Source of the DNA: Pseudomonadota bacterium
GTDB taxonomy: Bacteria > Verrucomicrobiota > Verrucomicrobiia > Limisphaerales > SXTU01
Length of the DNA stretch: 64,000 nt
NCBI GenBank assembly: GCA_009924135.1
Contig: RFSE01000010.1
Coordinates: forward strand, 63-64,062
Reading direction: 5' to 3'
The notes under the pieces were generated by a model. It made no database searches. It was given only the letters and a program-made list of their open reading frames with translations, and was not told where the DNA came from. Numbering within the stretch: position 1 is the stretch's first letter; each line of letters begins with the position of its first letter. Of this stretch, positions 62,569-64,000 are shown in pieces. The position numbers and the translations under genes were made by a program.

Positions 62569-63825
62569 ATGGCGAAATTAACCGTCCGAGATTTGAATGT
62601 GCGTGGCAAACGCGTCTTTGTGCGCGTGGATTACAACGTCCCGATGGAGGAAAAGGACGGGCAGATGGTCATCAACGATGCCACCCGCATCAAGGAAACG
62701 CTCCCGACGTTGGATTTACTGGTCGCCGGTGGCGCGAAGGTGATTCTCGCCGCCCACTTGGGCCGCCCCAAGGGCAAGCGCGAGCCGTCCATGAGCCTCC
62801 GGCCCGTCGCGGCCAAGCTCGCGGACCTCATCAACCGCCCGGTCGCGTTCGTGGATGATTGCATCGGCGAGAAGGTCGAGAACACCGTTGGCGCGCTGAA
62901 GGAAGGCGATATTCTTCTGCTGGAAAACACCCGTTACTACGATCAGGAAGAGGCTAATGACGCGGCGTTCTCCGAGCAGCTCGCCAAGGTCGCGGATATT
63001 TACGTGAACGACGCTTTTGGCGCGGCGCATCGGGCGCACGCGAGCACCGAGGGCGTGGCCCGGGTCATCGCGAAGCGCGGCGGCCAGTGTGCGGCGGGCT
63101 TGCTGATGGAGCGTGAGCTGAAGTTCCTCGGCGACGAGCTGGAAAATCCGGCCCGGCCGTTCGTCGTCATCCTCGGCGGCGCGAAGGTTTCGGACAAGAT
63201 TCTCGTCATCGACCGGTTGCTGGAGAAAGCCGACACCATCCTCATCGGCGGGGCGATGGCCTACACCTTCAAGCTCGCCATGGGCTACGGCGTCGGCAAA
63301 TCGCTCGTCGAGCCGGATGCGACCCGCACCGCCGTTCGCGCCCTCGCCAAGGCGGCCGAGCGCGGCGTGAAGTTTCTCCTGCCCACCGACAACATCGTCG
63401 CCACGCCGCAGGACACCGGCAAACTCAACAAGAAGGGCAAGCCCGTTTATGAATTCGTCAACCCGCGCGCGAATGCCGACGCGGACATCGCCGCTGCCGA
63501 CGAAGGTTTCGACATCGGACCGGCCACGTCCGCGCGTTACGCCGCGATCGTGCGCAGCGCCAAGACCGTGCTGTGGAACGGCCCGATGGGCATGTTCGAG
63601 GACAAGCGCTTTGCCGAGGGCACGAACGTCGTGGCCCGGGCGGTGGTCGAGGCCACCCAGAAGAACGGGGCCAAGACGATCATCGGCGGGGGCGACAGCG
63701 TGAAGGCGCTCAATCAGGCCGGACTCGGCGACCAGGTCACCTTCATGAGCACCGGTGGCGGTGCGAGCCTGGAATTCCTTGAAGGCAAGGAACTGCCCGG
63801 TGTCGCGGTGCTGAGCGAGAAGTGA
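62569..63825 (+). CDS. pgk: Phosphoglycerate kinase
   Basis: [77 protein letters not shown]. Confidence 0.97.
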   Translation: MAKLTVRDLNVRGKRVFVRVDYNVPMEEKDGQMVINDATRIKETLPTLDLLVAGGAKVILAAHLGRPKGKREPSMSLRPVAAKLADLINRPVAFVDDCIGEKVENTVGALKEGDILLLENTRYYDQEEANDAAFSEQLAKVADIYVNDAFGAAHRAHASTEGVARVIAKRGGQCAAGLLMERELKFLGDELENPARPFVVILGGAKVSDKILVIDRLLEKADTILIGGAMAYTFKLAMGYGVGKSLVEPDATRTAVRALAKAAERGVKFLLPTDNIVATPQDTGKLNKKGKPVYEFVNPRANADADIAAADEGFDIGPATSARYAAIVRSAKTVLWNGPMGMFEDKRFAEGTNVVARAVVEATQKNGAKTIIGGGDSVKALNQAGLGDQVTFMSTGGGASLEFLEGKELPGVAVLSEK

Positions 63826-63856
63826 TTTCCGGAACGAACTGAACTACCTTCGCCCC

Positions 63857-64000
63857 ATGGGCCAAGTTAACACACGCATCAAAGTTGCCAACTGGTTCGA
63901 CCTCGAAAGGGTCGCAACTGGTGAGCGCAGCGAGCCGGCCCGCACGGCTGAAGCGGATGCGTTGGTGGACACAGGTGCGGTGCGGTTCTATCTCCGGTCG
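63857..64000 (+). CDS. Partial (5' end only) retropepsin-like clan-AA aspartic protease
   Basis: My translation gives [48 protein letters not shown]..., open to the window edge. ALVDTGA is the D-T-G-A aspartic-protease signature. Confidence 0.4.
   Translation, partial: MGQVNTRIKVANWFDLERVATGERSEPARTAEADALVDTGAVRFYLRS

Overview
GC-rich chromosomal segment. Its gene families point to Verrucomicrobiota or another PVC-superphylum bacterium: a PEP-CTERM protein, a Pirellula/Verrucomicrobium-type haem-binding protein, a DUF1592-family cytochrome and several PQQ-like beta-propellers. I count about 48 supportable protein genes and one tRNA-Glu(CUC). I saw no rRNA, CRISPR array, transposase or integrase. 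Housekeeping anchors are purA, pgk, clpC, mgtE, an RluA-family synthase and a MoxR ATPase.

Most interesting observations:
1. 45.5-52.7 kb: a tightly coupled seven-gene operon. It encodes a lipoprotein octahaem cytochrome translationally coupled to a ~717-aa outer-membrane beta-barrel, a monohaem cytochrome c, a membrane-anchored pentahaem cytochrome, a Tat-exported 4x[4Fe-4S] protein and an NrfD-type quinone-site membrane subunit. This is a candidate porin-cytochrome extracellular electron-transfer conduit.
2. The NrfD-like subunit carries an inserted cyclic-nucleotide-binding domain in a cytoplasmic loop.
3. 32.9-41.7 kb: an OmpR/HK two-component pair lies divergent from a YHYH - MbnP::dihaem-peroxidase fusion - YHYH cluster. 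This may be a Cu/metal-handling locus. The fusion gene is interrupted by an in-frame TAG.
4. A 3.9-kb gene encodes a 1307-aa Ala/Lys/Glu coiled-coil envelope protein.
5. Paired REP/MITE-like palindromes and other hairpin repeats occupy intergenic DNA and artificially extend ORFs.

All functional calls rest on motif and architecture recognition by eye. No searches or computations were run, and many start codons are uncertain.
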